Of a stretch of 64,000 nucleotides of DNA, positions 30,905-40,692 are shown one piece after another. Position 1 is the first letter of the stretch. Each line of letters begins with the position of its first letter. The notes beneath the pieces are model-generated. The model saw nothing but the letters and a program-made list of their open reading frames with translations. It was not told the DNA's origin and did not search any database. The position numbers were made by a program, and so were the translations under genes. Source of the DNA: Dehalococcoidia bacterium (GTDB lineage Bacteria; Chloroflexota; Dehalococcoidia; SHYD01); assembly GCA_965261835.1 (NCBI GenBank), contig OZ253478.1, positions 2,206,914 to 2,270,913 of the forward strand. Reading direction: 5' to 3'.

Positions 30905-31970
30905 TAGCGCTGACCACCTGATCCACGGTAATGAGTTGCAAGCAGGTGCGGGCGGGGCACCCCTGCGGTGTCCCCAGACTGTGGCCTGTGTAAAAGCATG
31001 GCAGGCACGGTAGATCGGCACGTAACACCATCGCGCGGCCCTTGGGCGCCCACGGCCCCCACGCTCGGTGGTTGGAGGGACCAAACAGCGCCACTACCGG
31101 CGTGCCCACCGCCGCCGCTAGGTGCATCACCCCGCCGTCGTTGCCCACAAAGAGATCACTCGAGCGCAACAAAGCGGCCAGTTCCCCCAAGGTGGTACGG
31201 CCCGTCAGGTCCAGCGCGCGTTGCCCCAGCCCGGCGGTCACTTGCGCGGCCAGCCCGCCCTCATCCTCGCCACCCACCACTACGATAGTCGCGCCCCGGT
31301 CGCGGGTCAACGTCGCCGCCACCGCGGCAAATCCGTCGGCCGGCCAGCGGCGGGCCGGGCTGTAAGCGCCGCTCCCCGGATGTAGCACGATCCAGGGCCG
31401 CGGCAGCGTTTCCGGCAAGAGCAGCCGTATCGAATCGCTATCACTGGGGGCTACTGGAAACGCGAGCGGCCCGTAATCCGGCGACGCACCCAGCAAGCCC
31501 ACCACGTCATTCCAATAGGCCACCTCATGCTTTGCACCGAAGCCCGCATCGGCCGCCCGATGCGTCAGAAAGCCGCCCCTGCCGTTGTCCAGGCCGGCGC
31601 GGATCGGCGCGCCCGCGGCAGCCGCCAGCAGCGCATACTTGCGCGCCCCCCACGGCGTGGTCAGGTGATGCAGCAATACTAGCGTGTCGAAATGGCCCCG
31701 CCTGAGGCGCACAGCCAGCCCCGCCAACGCGCGGGCGCCGGAGGCGGACAGCGTACCAGCCGGCCGGTCGAAGTTAGCCTTGGCAAAGGTAATCTCTTCA
31801 TCCACCAGCGCTGGCGCCAACCCAGGGTTCGCCAGGATACCGCGGCAGTGGGGCGCTACAAGCGCACTAATGTGGGCATGGGGGAAGGTCCGCCGCAGCG
31901 ACCGCAACGCCGGCGTTGCAGTGAGCACATCACCAATGTCCGCTAGCTTCACCACTAATATTCGCTTCAT
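30846..31970 (-). CDS. Glycosyltransferase family 9 (heptosyltransferase-like), paralog 3
   Basis: MKRILVVKLADIGDVLTATPALRSLRRTFPHAHI plus the C-terminal GNDGGVMHLAAAVGTPVVALFGPS signature. Confidence 0.8.
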   Translation of the reverse strand: MKRILVVKLADIGDVLTATPALRSLRRTFPHAHISALVAPHCRGILANPGLAPALVDEEITFAKANFDRPAGTLSASGARALAGLAVRLRRGHFDTLVLLHHLTTPWGARKYALLAAAAGAPIRAGLDNGRGGFLTHRAADAGFGAKHEVAYWNDVVGLLGASPDYGPLAFPVAPSDSDSIRLLLPETLPRPWIVLHPGSGAYSPARRWPADGFAAVAATLTRDRGATIVVVGGEDEGGLAAQVTAGLGQRALDLTGRTTLGELAALLRSSDLFVGNDGGVMHLAAAVGTPVVALFGPSNHRAWGPWAPKGRAMVLRADLPCLPCFYTGHSLGTPQGCPARTCLQLITVDQVVSAIEHILADTVLSAHPGHPSP

Positions 31971-33091
31971 GCTTGACCTTGCCCTGCTTGGTCCAGCACC
32001 GCAAGTGTTCGCGCTGCCGCCGCTTCCCAGGTGAACGCCTTCGATCGCACAAAGCCCTTGCCCCGCAGATAAGCACGCAATCCCTGGTCAGAGCACACCT
32101 GCGCCAGCGCCTCCACCAACGCATCGGTGCTATGCGGATCGAACAGAATGCCCGCATCGCCCACTATCTCCGGAATACAGGAGGCGTCCGAGGCGATAAC
32201 GGGCGCGCCGGAGGCCATCGCCTCCACGAGCGGCATCCCGAACCCCTCAAACAAAGACGGCAACACGAACGCAGTGGCTCCGGCGTAAAGCGCCGAGAGC
32301 TGCACATCGGGCACGTAGCCAGCCAGGGTCACGCCTTCTCCCAGCTCGTCCAGTTTCTGCATAATGCCCTCCGGCAACCAGCCCAGCCGGCCAACCAACA
32401 CCAGCTTTGCTCGCGCCAGACCCCGTTGGTTAACTTTGGCGAAAGCCTCAATCAGCCGCTCCACGTTCTTACGGGGCTGCAGCGTCCCCACGTAGAGGAT
32501 GTAAGCCCCTTCGATGCCATACTCGCTCTTGATGGCATTTAGCGCTTGGGAATCGTGGTCGCTGGTGAACTGGGGTGACACGCCGGGATAGACTACTGTA
32601 ATCCGCTCCGGCGTTACCGCGAAATGCTCGATGATGTCTGCTTTGGTCGCCTCGGAGTCCGCAAGGAGGTGGGCGGCGTTCCGGACATTGTGCTTGGTTG
32701 ACCAGGCCAAGTACTTCAGCGTGGCCTTGGGATAAGATTCCGGATAGTGCAGATGGCCTAGGTCATGGATGGTCGCCACGCTGCCCAGCGGATGTCGCAA
32801 CGGTAGCACGTGAGCCGGCACAAAGAGCACATCGGGCGGGTTGAGCAGCATCTCCCCAGCGAGACGTAGGTGCGTCCACAACCGCGGCAACGGCATCGCC
32901 CGTACTCGATAGTGATCGACGTCGCCAAACAGGTCCGGCGCCGGATGGCGCTGCGTATAGAGCACAACCTCCCGCGGCGCCGTGTCCTCGGCATTTAGCT
33001 GGAGCAGGTGCCGTATCAGCTGGAGCGAGTAGTGCTCCGTACCGGTGGGTTGCGCAGCCACCGCCCGGCTTGCGTCGATACCAATGCGCAT
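31967..33091 (-). CDS. Glycosyltransferase family 4 (GT-B, RfaG/mannosyltransferase-like)
   Basis: MRIGIDAS...TGTEHYS start. The C-terminus has LVLVG..G......LYAGATAFVLPSLFEGFGMPLVEAMASGAPVIASD (EX7E region). ATGA-type overlap with the downstream GT9 gene. Confidence 0.8.
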   Translation of the reverse strand: MRIGIDASRAVAAQPTGTEHYSLQLIRHLLQLNAEDTAPREVVLYTQRHPAPDLFGDVDHYRVRAMPLPRLWTHLRLAGEMLLNPPDVLFVPAHVLPLRHPLGSVATIHDLGHLHYPESYPKATLKYLAWSTKHNVRNAAHLLADSEATKADIIEHFAVTPERITVVYPGVSPQFTSDHDSQALNAIKSEYGIEGAYILYVGTLQPRKNVERLIEAFAKVNQRGLARAKLVLVGRLGWLPEGIMQKLDELGEGVTLAGYVPDVQLSALYAGATAFVLPSLFEGFGMPLVEAMASGAPVIASDASCIPEIVGDAGILFDPHSTDALVEALAQVCSDQGLRAYLRGKGFVRSKAFTWEAAAARTLAVLDQAGQGQA

Positions 33092-33093
33092 GG

Positions 33094-34263
33094 CTACGCT
33101 GGGAGCGCTGCCACACTCAGCAGCTTGTCGGCAGCGATCAGCACTTGCTCGACCTCAATAGCCCGCACGCACGGGTGGAGTTGAAGCTCCTCGGGAGAAA
33201 AATCCAGCCGGTCGCAAGGCACACAGGGAAGCGGCGCCTTTACTACCAGGTGGCGGTCCGGCGGCCCCCACGGCCCAAAGCGTTCCGTGCTCACCGGGCC
33301 GTAGAGCCGCACAGTGGGAGTGCCCACCGCCGCTGCCAGGTGCATCACGCCGGAGTCCACGCCCAGGGCAAGGTCGCAACGGCGCAGCACCGCCGCAAGC
33401 CGGCCCAGAGAGCCACCTACAAGATCAAGCGGCTGGCTGCCGCGGATGCCTGCGCGCACGGCATTGATGAGCGGGCCTTCTGAGCGGGTCCCAGTGAGCA
33501 CCACCGTTGCCCCATGATCAGTACAGAGACGCTCCGCCACCGCGGCGAATCGCTCTGGGCGCCACAGCTTGACCGCCGCGCCTGCGCCGGGATGCAACGC
33601 AATCAGCGGGCGCGTGACGCTATGCTGGGCTAGCCACGTCTCGGCAAAGGCCGCTTCCTCCGGAGTAACCACAAAGCCGGGAGCAAACGCAGCACCGGAA
33701 ACTTCATCCTGACTACCGTCCAGCGCCGCGTCGACCAGTTGTAACGCCTGCGCTGCTTCATGCCGGGGTCGATAGGGCAACGCAGTGGTAAGGAAGGGCG
33801 CGCACTCCGGCAGCGCGTACCCCACCCGCTGCGGTATGCCCGCCCGCGCCGCCAGCGCCGCACCCCAGGCGAAGTCGTGCCGCAGCACCACCGCCATGTC
33901 GTACTCCTGCCGTGAAAAACGCGCCGCCTCCCGCATCAGCTGAGCATAAGGCAACCAGGGTGCGCGCTTCGCCGTACGGTTGAACCAGGGGAAGTCGAGC
34001 GTAGCCACGTCATCCACCCCGGCAATATGCTGCGCCGCCTCCAGATTCCACGGGCCCACCAGCAGCGAGATCGCGCTGTCCGGCGCCAGCGCCCGCGCCC
34101 GCTGAATCGCGGGAATCGCAAGCAGTAGGTCACCCAGGTGATCGGGGCGGATGAGCAGGATTCGTTGAGGCTTACCGATGGGTTCGAAGGCACGTCGCGC
34201 CCGCGTTCGCCCTATCCAACGCAGCGCCGTCAACCGAGCCGCTGATTTCAGACTCATCGGCAA
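33094..34263 (-). CDS. Glycosyltransferase family 9 (heptosyltransferase-like), paralog 2
   Basis: ILLIRPDHLGDLLLAIPAIQRAR... plus GVDSGVMHLAAAVGTPTVRLYGP. Confidence 0.8.
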   Translation of the reverse strand: MPMSLKSAARLTALRWIGRTRARRAFEPIGKPQRILLIRPDHLGDLLLAIPAIQRARALAPDSAISLLVGPWNLEAAQHIAGVDDVATLDFPWFNRTAKRAPWLPYAQLMREAARFSRQEYDMAVVLRHDFAWGAALAARAGIPQRVGYALPECAPFLTTALPYRPRHEAAQALQLVDAALDGSQDEVSGAAFAPGFVVTPEEAAFAETWLAQHSVTRPLIALHPGAGAAVKLWRPERFAAVAERLCTDHGATVVLTGTRSEGPLINAVRAGIRGSQPLDLVGGSLGRLAAVLRRCDLALGVDSGVMHLAAAVGTPTVRLYGPVSTERFGPWGPPDRHLVVKAPLPCVPCDRLDFSPEELQLHPCVRAIEVEQVLIAADKLLSVAALPA

Positions 34264-34415
34264 GGTCCCTACTCCCTTTTCTTAGATACTAGCAGCGCCG
34301 TCACGGGGCGACAAGGCAACGGCACCCGACTGTTAACCGCAGTGGCTACGAACTCCCCGCTCGTGGCACGCGTAGCTTGTCCCCCGTTCCCAGGGAAACC
34401 GCGAGTGGCGTATTC

Positions 34416-35576
34416 CTAGAAAAAAGTCACATCCACGCCGGCGCGCCCCAGCACTCGCTTCGCTGCGGCCAGCACTTCGCCCACGGTGACTGCCGCGGTG
34501 CAGGCGTACTGGTGGGCGCAGGATGCCGCAAGGCCTCCCCGGAACCGGCAACCTTGGCAGCGTTCACCGTGATACACCGCTTCCGACTCCAACGCCCACG
34601 GCCCATACACCTCCGGCTGCGACGGCCCGAACACAGCCACCACCGGGGTGCCCACCGCCACTGCCAGATGCATGGGGCCGGTGTCGTTCCCCACGAACAA
34701 CGCGCAGCGCTGCAGCAGCGCGCCCAACTGCGCAAAGCTCGTTTGGCCGCAAAAGTCCGCCAGTTGGGCATTGTGCGGCCCGGTATCACCCAGCATCTCG
34801 TGGAACACGTTGGCCAGCACTCGATCCTCCGCACCGCCAAGCAGCGCTACCGACCAACCCACATTCAGGAACTGCCGGACGGTCTCAACGTAGCGCTCCA
34901 CCGGCCAGCGTTTGCCTAGCAGCGTGCTCCCGGGGTTCACTCCGCCACCCGGGTGCACCGCCAGCCACGGACCAGCCGGTAAGACCCCAGCAGCCCACAT
35001 TGCGTCCTGCTCCGAAGCAACGTAAGCCAACGCCGGCGCAGTTCTGGCGCTGCCCAGGGTGCTCACCACGTCCAAGTAAAGCTGCGCTTCGTGGCGCAGG
35101 GGCAGTGCTGGAGTGCGATGCGTGAGGGAGAAGCCGCGTCCGCCGCTATCGATCCCCGCACGCACGGGGATCCCCGCCAACCACGGCGCTGTAGCCACTA
35201 CCGGCGATCGGTCCAGGACCACGGCCACGTCAAACCGCTCCCGTCGCAGCGCACGCGCCAGCTGTCGGGCCGCCCGTAGTCCGGGTAGCCCGCCCGATTC
35301 CACACCGTCACAATCAATGATCTCGTCGACGTTCGGGTTGCCCTCTATGGCCGGGCGTGACCACGCGCTGGTTGCCACCACAATCCGGGAGGCCGGAAAC
35401 CGTGCGCGAAGGGCGGCCAGCGCCGCCGTTGCCAGCAACAGGTCGCCTAAACAGCAGGGCTTCAACACCAGCACACTTGGAGATTCTGGCAGCGCGGGGG
35501 CACGTCGCATGGGCGCGCAGACGCGTGAGAGGATAGTGCAACCAGCGGTGATGAGCGCGTCTTTGAGACGCTGCAT
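34416..35576 (-). CDS. Glycosyltransferase family 9 (heptosyltransferase-like), paralog 1
   Basis: VLVLKPCCLGDLLLATAALAALRARFP... plus GNDTGPMHLAVAVGTPVVAVFGPS. Confidence 0.8.
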   Translation of the reverse strand: MQRLKDALITAGCTILSRVCAPMRRAPALPESPSVLVLKPCCLGDLLLATAALAALRARFPASRIVVATSAWSRPAIEGNPNVDEIIDCDGVESGGLPGLRAARQLARALRRERFDVAVVLDRSPVVATAPWLAGIPVRAGIDSGGRGFSLTHRTPALPLRHEAQLYLDVVSTLGSARTAPALAYVASEQDAMWAAGVLPAGPWLAVHPGGGVNPGSTLLGKRWPVERYVETVRQFLNVGWSVALLGGAEDRVLANVFHEMLGDTGPHNAQLADFCGQTSFAQLGALLQRCALFVGNDTGPMHLAVAVGTPVVAVFGPSQPEVYGPWALESEAVYHGERCQGCRFRGGLAASCAHQYACTAAVTVGEVLAAAKRVLGRAGVDVTFF

Positions 35577-35588
35577 TGCGGCGTGGAG

Positions 35589-36032
35589 CTAGCGAATGCG
35601 CTCGGGCTCGGCCAGCGCGAACATCAGCTCGCCCTCCGCAGCCACCTGCCCGTCCACTTCCGCCCGTCCCGTACCCTTGCCCACCGACCCCCGTATGCGG
35701 GTCAGCGTGACCTCAAGCCGGAGTGAATCGCCCGGCACCACCGGCCGGCGGAAGCGGAAGCCATCAATGCCGGCAAACAGCCCGATCTTGCCCTTATGCT
35801 CCGGGCTGCTAAGCAGTGCCACCGATCCCACCTGGGCCAGCGCTTCCACGATGAGCACGGCAGGCATGATGGGCTGGCCGGGGAAGTGGCCCTGAAAGTA
35901 AATCTCGCCTGCGGACACTTGCTTCAACCCGACCGCACGCCGTCCCGGTTCGATCTCAAGGATTTTGTCTACCAGAAGAAAAGGCCATCGGTGCGGAATG
36001 ATGGCCTGAATTTCCTGAGCGCTGAGCGTCAT
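35589..36032 (-). CDS. fabZ: 3-hydroxyacyl-ACP dehydratase
   Basis: [23 protein letters not shown]...[23 protein letters not shown], the canonical FabZ hot-dog motif. Confidence 0.92.
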   Translation of the reverse strand: MTLSAQEIQAIIPHRWPFLLVDKILEIEPGRRAVGLKQVSAGEIYFQGHFPGQPIMPAVLIVEALAQVGSVALLSSPEHKGKIGLFAGIDGFRFRRPVVPGDSLRLEVTLTRIRGSVGKGTGRAEVDGQVAAEGELMFALAEPERIR

Positions 36033-36874
36033 CAGATCCGCTCCGGCAACCGCTGGCCCGCGGCCGCGTACAGCCGTTCGGCGGTGGTCAGCGGCACGTC
36101 AACCCGTCCTAAACCCACCTCTTCTCGACCCTCGATACCGTGGAAATCGCTCCCACCGCAGGGGATAAGGCCGCGCTGATAGCATTCATCCAGCAGGTAG
36201 TCCTGAACCTCCCCTGCATAGCCCTGATAGTACGCCTCCATCCCGGTTAAACCTGCAGCGCACAGGTCATCCAGGATGGGGTTAAGCTCCTGCAGCACGT
36301 CCTTGGGATGCGCCAGTACAGCAACTCCCTGAACGCTCTTGATCATCTCCACCGCTTCCACCGGAGTGAGTTTGGCCCGTTCAGCGTACGCCGGGCCGTT
36401 GCGGCCTATGTACCGGTCGAAGGCTTCGTTAATGGAGTTGATATAGCCCGCCTCCAGCATCGCTTGGGCAACATGAGGACGGCCCACCGACCCTTGCGCC
36501 AGCTCCTGCACCCGTTCCCACTCAATCATCACGCCCAGCTCCCGCAGCTTCTGCACCATCGCCTCACCCCGGTCCACCCGCTTCTCGCGGAAGTCCTTGA
36601 GCTTGGCCTGGAACAGCGGGGCTTCGAAATTGAGGAAATAGCCCAGCACATGCACCTCGCTGCCGGGGATATCCGTGCTCAGTTCAATGCCCGGAATGAT
36701 GGTGAGCTGCGGGTAACGTGCCTTTCGAGCGAAGCCTTCCGCCAAGCCCTCGGTGGTATCGTGGTCGGTCATGGCGACGATGCGCAGGTCCCGTTTGGCC
36801 GCAAGATCGATCAACTCGGTGGGGGTGAGCCGGCCGTCAGATACCGTAGTGTGCATGTGCAGGTCTAGATACAT
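36032..36874 (-). CDS. PHP-domain phosphoesterase (TrpH/YciV-like)
   Basis: [18 protein letters not shown]...VAMTDHDT...GIELS...AHP...GGSDFHG, the PHP metal-binding motifs. The stop shares 1 nt with the fabZ ATG. Confidence 0.8.
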   Translation of the reverse strand: MYLDLHMHTTVSDGRLTPTELIDLAAKRDLRIVAMTDHDTTEGLAEGFARKARYPQLTIIPGIELSTDIPGSEVHVLGYFLNFEAPLFQAKLKDFREKRVDRGEAMVQKLRELGVMIEWERVQELAQGSVGRPHVAQAMLEAGYINSINEAFDRYIGRNGPAYAERAKLTPVEAVEMIKSVQGVAVLAHPKDVLQELNPILDDLCAAGLTGMEAYYQGYAGEVQDYLLDECYQRGLIPCGGSDFHGIEGREEVGLGRVDVPLTTAERLYAAAGQRLPERI

Positions 36875-36880
36875 AAAGCG

Positions 36881-37654
36881 CTAGAGCTCCCCTTCAAATT
36901 CATCAACTCGCCGGATACTGAGCGCCCGGCCCGACGCGTCGTCTATCTCCACCAGCACGGCCCCAATCGTCGCGGGGCCTTCGGCAACCGGCAGCGGCCC
37001 GGGCATCTGTGTGAGATAACGGTTGAGCACCGCTTGTATTTCGTTACCAATGATCGAAATGACCGGGCCGCTCATCCCCGCGTCGCTAACGAACGCAGTG
37101 CCTTTAGGGAGCACCCGCGCATCCGCGGTGGGCACGTGGGTGTGGCTGCCGACCACCGCGCTCACCCGGCCGTCAAGGTACCATCCCATTGCTACCTTTT
37201 CCGAGGTAGCATCGGCATGAAAATCCACAAACACGATCTTGGGGACTGATGGCAAGTCCGCCAGTAACCGGTCCATGGTGCGGAAGGGGCAGTCCACGTC
37301 CAGCATGAAGGTGCGCCCCATGAGGTTGACCACCAGTACGCCGTCCTGCACCAGGTAGCCCTGCCCCGGCACGCCGTTGGGATAGTTGACCGGCCGCAAC
37401 AGTGGCACCTGGGCATCCATGTAAGAGATGATCTCTTTCTGGTCCCAGATATGGTTGCCGGATGTGACCACGTCCACGCCCGCGTCCAGCAGTTCGTGCA
37501 TGTTCCGAGCCGTGATGCCCCGGCCATTCGCCGCGTTTTCGCCGTTCGCTATCACCATATCAGCCTGGTGGCGCTGCCGCATCCCAGGCAGCAGGCCGCA
37601 CACCGCGCGCCGCCCCGGACTTCCCACAATATCGCCAATGAAAAGTATCTTCAA
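36881..37654 (-). CDS. YmdB-like metallophosphoesterase (TIGR00282 family)
   Basis: KILFIGDIVGSPGRRAV...ANGENAANGRGIT...VVTSGNHIWD...DFHAEATSEK-like DFHADATSEK...GSHTHVPTAD. I prefer TTG at 37654 (LKILFIGD) over the ORF-track TTG at 37675. Confidence 0.8.
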   Translation of the reverse strand: MKILFIGDIVGSPGRRAVCGLLPGMRQRHQADMVIANGENAANGRGITARNMHELLDAGVDVVTSGNHIWDQKEIISYMDAQVPLLRPVNYPNGVPGQGYLVQDGVLVVNLMGRTFMLDVDCPFRTMDRLLADLPSVPKIVFVDFHADATSEKVAMGWYLDGRVSAVVGSHTHVPTADARVLPKGTAFVSDAGMSGPVISIIGNEIQAVLNRYLTQMPGPLPVAEGPATIGAVLVEIDDASGRALSIRRVDEFEGEL

Positions 37655-37930
37655 GAGTGATCCAGCAACTCGCAACGGGTAGAGGGTGAACAGGGGCTAC
37701 TATTAGAGTATAGCACGGTGTGGCTGGGGCTCCGTTTCTCCCGAGGGGCAAGCCTACCCCTGGGTGCGCCTGCCGAATCATCAGCGGCTCACTTGTCGCC
37801 GCGGCAAACGGATTCGACGCGCACAGCGTGAGCGAGCAATAGCCAGTCCGCCCCGTTAGCAACGGTTAGGACGTACCTGAGCGGGCCGGCACGGCGCAAT
37901 AAGCGCGCTGAACGCCCACGCGTGCTTTTC

Positions 37931-38905
<975 letters not shown>

Positions 38906-38906
38906 G

Positions 38907-39947
38907 TCAGCCCCCGATGAAGGACATCTCGACCTTGGGCAGAACGGCTGTCTCCTCGGTCCGCAACTCGGAGTAACGGTCTTCTCGTACCCGCCAGACG
39001 CCCCGCAGATAGCGTTCTACCTCGGCGTCTGGGGCGCCGGCGCGGAGTAAGGCCCGCAGATCGTGGCCGCTGTTGGCGAATAGGCAGGTATACAGCTTGC
39101 CGTCGGCGGAGAGACGGGCCCGGGTGCAGGCTCCGCAGAAAGGCTGGGTCACCGAGGCGATAACGCCGATCTCGCCGCTGCCGTCATGGTAGCGGTAACG
39201 GCGGGCCACCTCGCCACGGTAGTTCTCAGGGAGCGGATCCAGCGGCAGCGCGGCGCCTATTGTCTGCACGATCTCATCGGCAGAGACAACATCGTCCATC
39301 CGCCAGCCGTTGGTGGTCCCCACGTCCATGTACTCGATGTAGCGGAGAATCTTACCCGTGCCCTTGAAATGGCGCGCCATGGGGAGGATGTCCGCATCGT
39401 TCACGCCGCGCTTAACCACCATATTGACCTTCACCGGTCGCAGCCCCGCCTCATCGGCAGCCTGGATGCCGTCCAGCACCCCCTGAACCGGGAAGTCCAC
39501 GTCATTCATCGCCTTAAAGACTTCGTCCCGCAGCGCGTCCAGGCTGACCGTAACCCGCCGCAGCCCAGCATCTTTGAGCGCCCGCGCCTTCTGCGGCAGC
39601 AGCGCCCCGTTGGTGGTAAGGGTCAGGTCTTTGAGGCCGGGAACAGCGGACAGCATGCCGATGAGCTGCTCAATATCCCGGCGCACCAGCGGCTCGCCAC
39701 CGGTGACGCGCACCTTCTCCACGCCCAAGCCGACCGCAATGGTGGTCAGGCGGGTGATCTCCTCGAAACTGAGGACGTCACTGTGGGGGAGGAAGTGGAA
39801 GTCGCGCCCAAAGACCTCCTTGGGCATGCAATAGACGCACCGGAAATTGCAGCGGTCCGTCACCGAGATGCGAAGGTCACGCAGCGGCCGGTTCATGGCA
39901 TCCCTGACGGGTGACTGGTCTTCGGGTGAGGTGGGAAAGCGAGTCAT
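38907..39947 (-). CDS. moaA: GTP 3',8-cyclase (radical SAM, molybdenum cofactor biosynthesis protein A)
   Basis: [18 protein letters not shown] (CX3CX2C), TGGEPL, the LTTNG motif, and the C-terminal cluster [21 protein letters not shown]. Start chosen at ATG 39947 ([10 protein letters not shown]). Confidence 0.9.
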   Translation of the reverse strand: MTRFPTSPEDQSPVRDAMNRPLRDLRISVTDRCNFRCVYCMPKEVFGRDFHFLPHSDVLSFEEITRLTTIAVGLGVEKVRVTGGEPLVRRDIEQLIGMLSAVPGLKDLTLTTNGALLPQKARALKDAGLRRVTVSLDALRDEVFKAMNDVDFPVQGVLDGIQAADEAGLRPVKVNMVVKRGVNDADILPMARHFKGTGKILRYIEYMDVGTTNGWRMDDVVSADEIVQTIGAALPLDPLPENYRGEVARRYRYHDGSGEIGVIASVTQPFCGACTRARLSADGKLYTCLFANSGHDLRALLRAGAPDAEVERYLRGVWRVREDRYSELRTEETAVLPKVEMSFIGG

Positions 39948-40065
39948 CTTACTCTCTATTTTACGGTGTAGGCGTGCGTAGAGCAATGCGCCGGAAGATT
40001 GGGTAGGTAATCCGTATCCCGCTCTCCTTGTAGGCTCAGTAGGCTCAACACGGCGGGTCCGCTGC

Positions 40066-40692
40066 CTAGCAGCTTCGCGCCAAGAGCAGATCACGCGCCA
40101 GCCGGGCGGCCTGGCCGCGGTGGCTCACCGCATTTTTTTGCAGTTGGGGGATCTGCGCAAAGGTTTTGCCGAAGGGTGGATAAAAAAAGATGGGGTCATA
40201 GCCAAAACCGCTATCGCCTTGCGGGGCGTATGTGACAACGCCCTCGACCGCAGCAGCCACCACGCGCGTGGGGGCATCCGGTTCCGCCAAGGCAATTGTG
40301 CACACGAACCGCCCGCTGCGTTCTGCGTCCGGTACGGCCACCACATTGCGCAGCAGCAGTTGCACCCGCTCCGCGTCGGTGAGGCCGGGCCCGCCATAAC
40401 GTGCGGACAAATAGCCCGGCGCGCCGCCCAGCGCGTCGATCTCAATCCCTGAGTCGTCGGCAAGAGTAAGAAGCCCGCTTGCCTGGGCATAAGCCTCAGC
40501 TTTCAAGCGAGCGTTCTCCTTGTATGAAGCGCCGGTCTCCTCCACCTCAACAGTTATGCCCTCTTGGCGGAGGCTAGTCAGTTGATAGGGAATAGCGCCC
40601 AGTAACTCCCGGTACTCGTCGACCTTGCCGCTATTGCGGGTAGCGATCAGGAGTTTGGGCAGCGGCACACTAACGGCTGCTGAACTCCTCAT
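40066..40692 (-). CDS. rdgB: Non-canonical purine NTP pyrophosphatase (RdgB/HAM1 family)
   Basis: [18 protein letters not shown]...[16 protein letters not shown]...[19 protein letters not shown]...GFGYDPIF. An alternative GTG start at 40668 would remove the overlap with the upstream gene. Confidence 0.88.
   Translation of the reverse strand: MRSSAAVSVPLPKLLIATRNSGKVDEYRELLGAIPYQLTSLRQEGITVEVEETGASYKENARLKAEAYAQASGLLTLADDSGIEIDALGGAPGYLSARYGGPGLTDAERVQLLLRNVVAVPDAERSGRFVCTIALAEPDAPTRVVAAAVEGVVTYAPQGDSGFGYDPIFFYPPFGKTFAQIPQLQKNAVSHRGQAARLARDLLLARSC

Noticed and set aside
31042-34893. Recurring peptide GVPTAAARCITP / MPTATARCMGP in three plus-strand ORFs (31042.., 33314.., 34648..), which looked like a repeated hidden gene.
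   Set aside because: It is simply the antisense reading of the conserved GND.G.MHLAAAVGTP block shared by the three GT9 paralogs on the minus strand.
37810-37819. GGATTCGACG string reminiscent of the tmRNA 5' acceptor/TPsiC-like region.
   Set aside because: There is no matching 3' tRNA-like end, no tag ORF, and only about 110 nt before it would run into the moaC coding sequence. It is not ssrA.
39948-40065. Possible Moco riboswitch upstream of moaA (contains GAGCCTAC-T-GAGCCTAC-AAGGAGAGCGGG).
   Set aside because: The spacer is only about 118 nt and I could not assemble the conserved Moco-motif helices. The AAGGAG may not even be the RBS. A cmsearch with RF01055 would be decisive.
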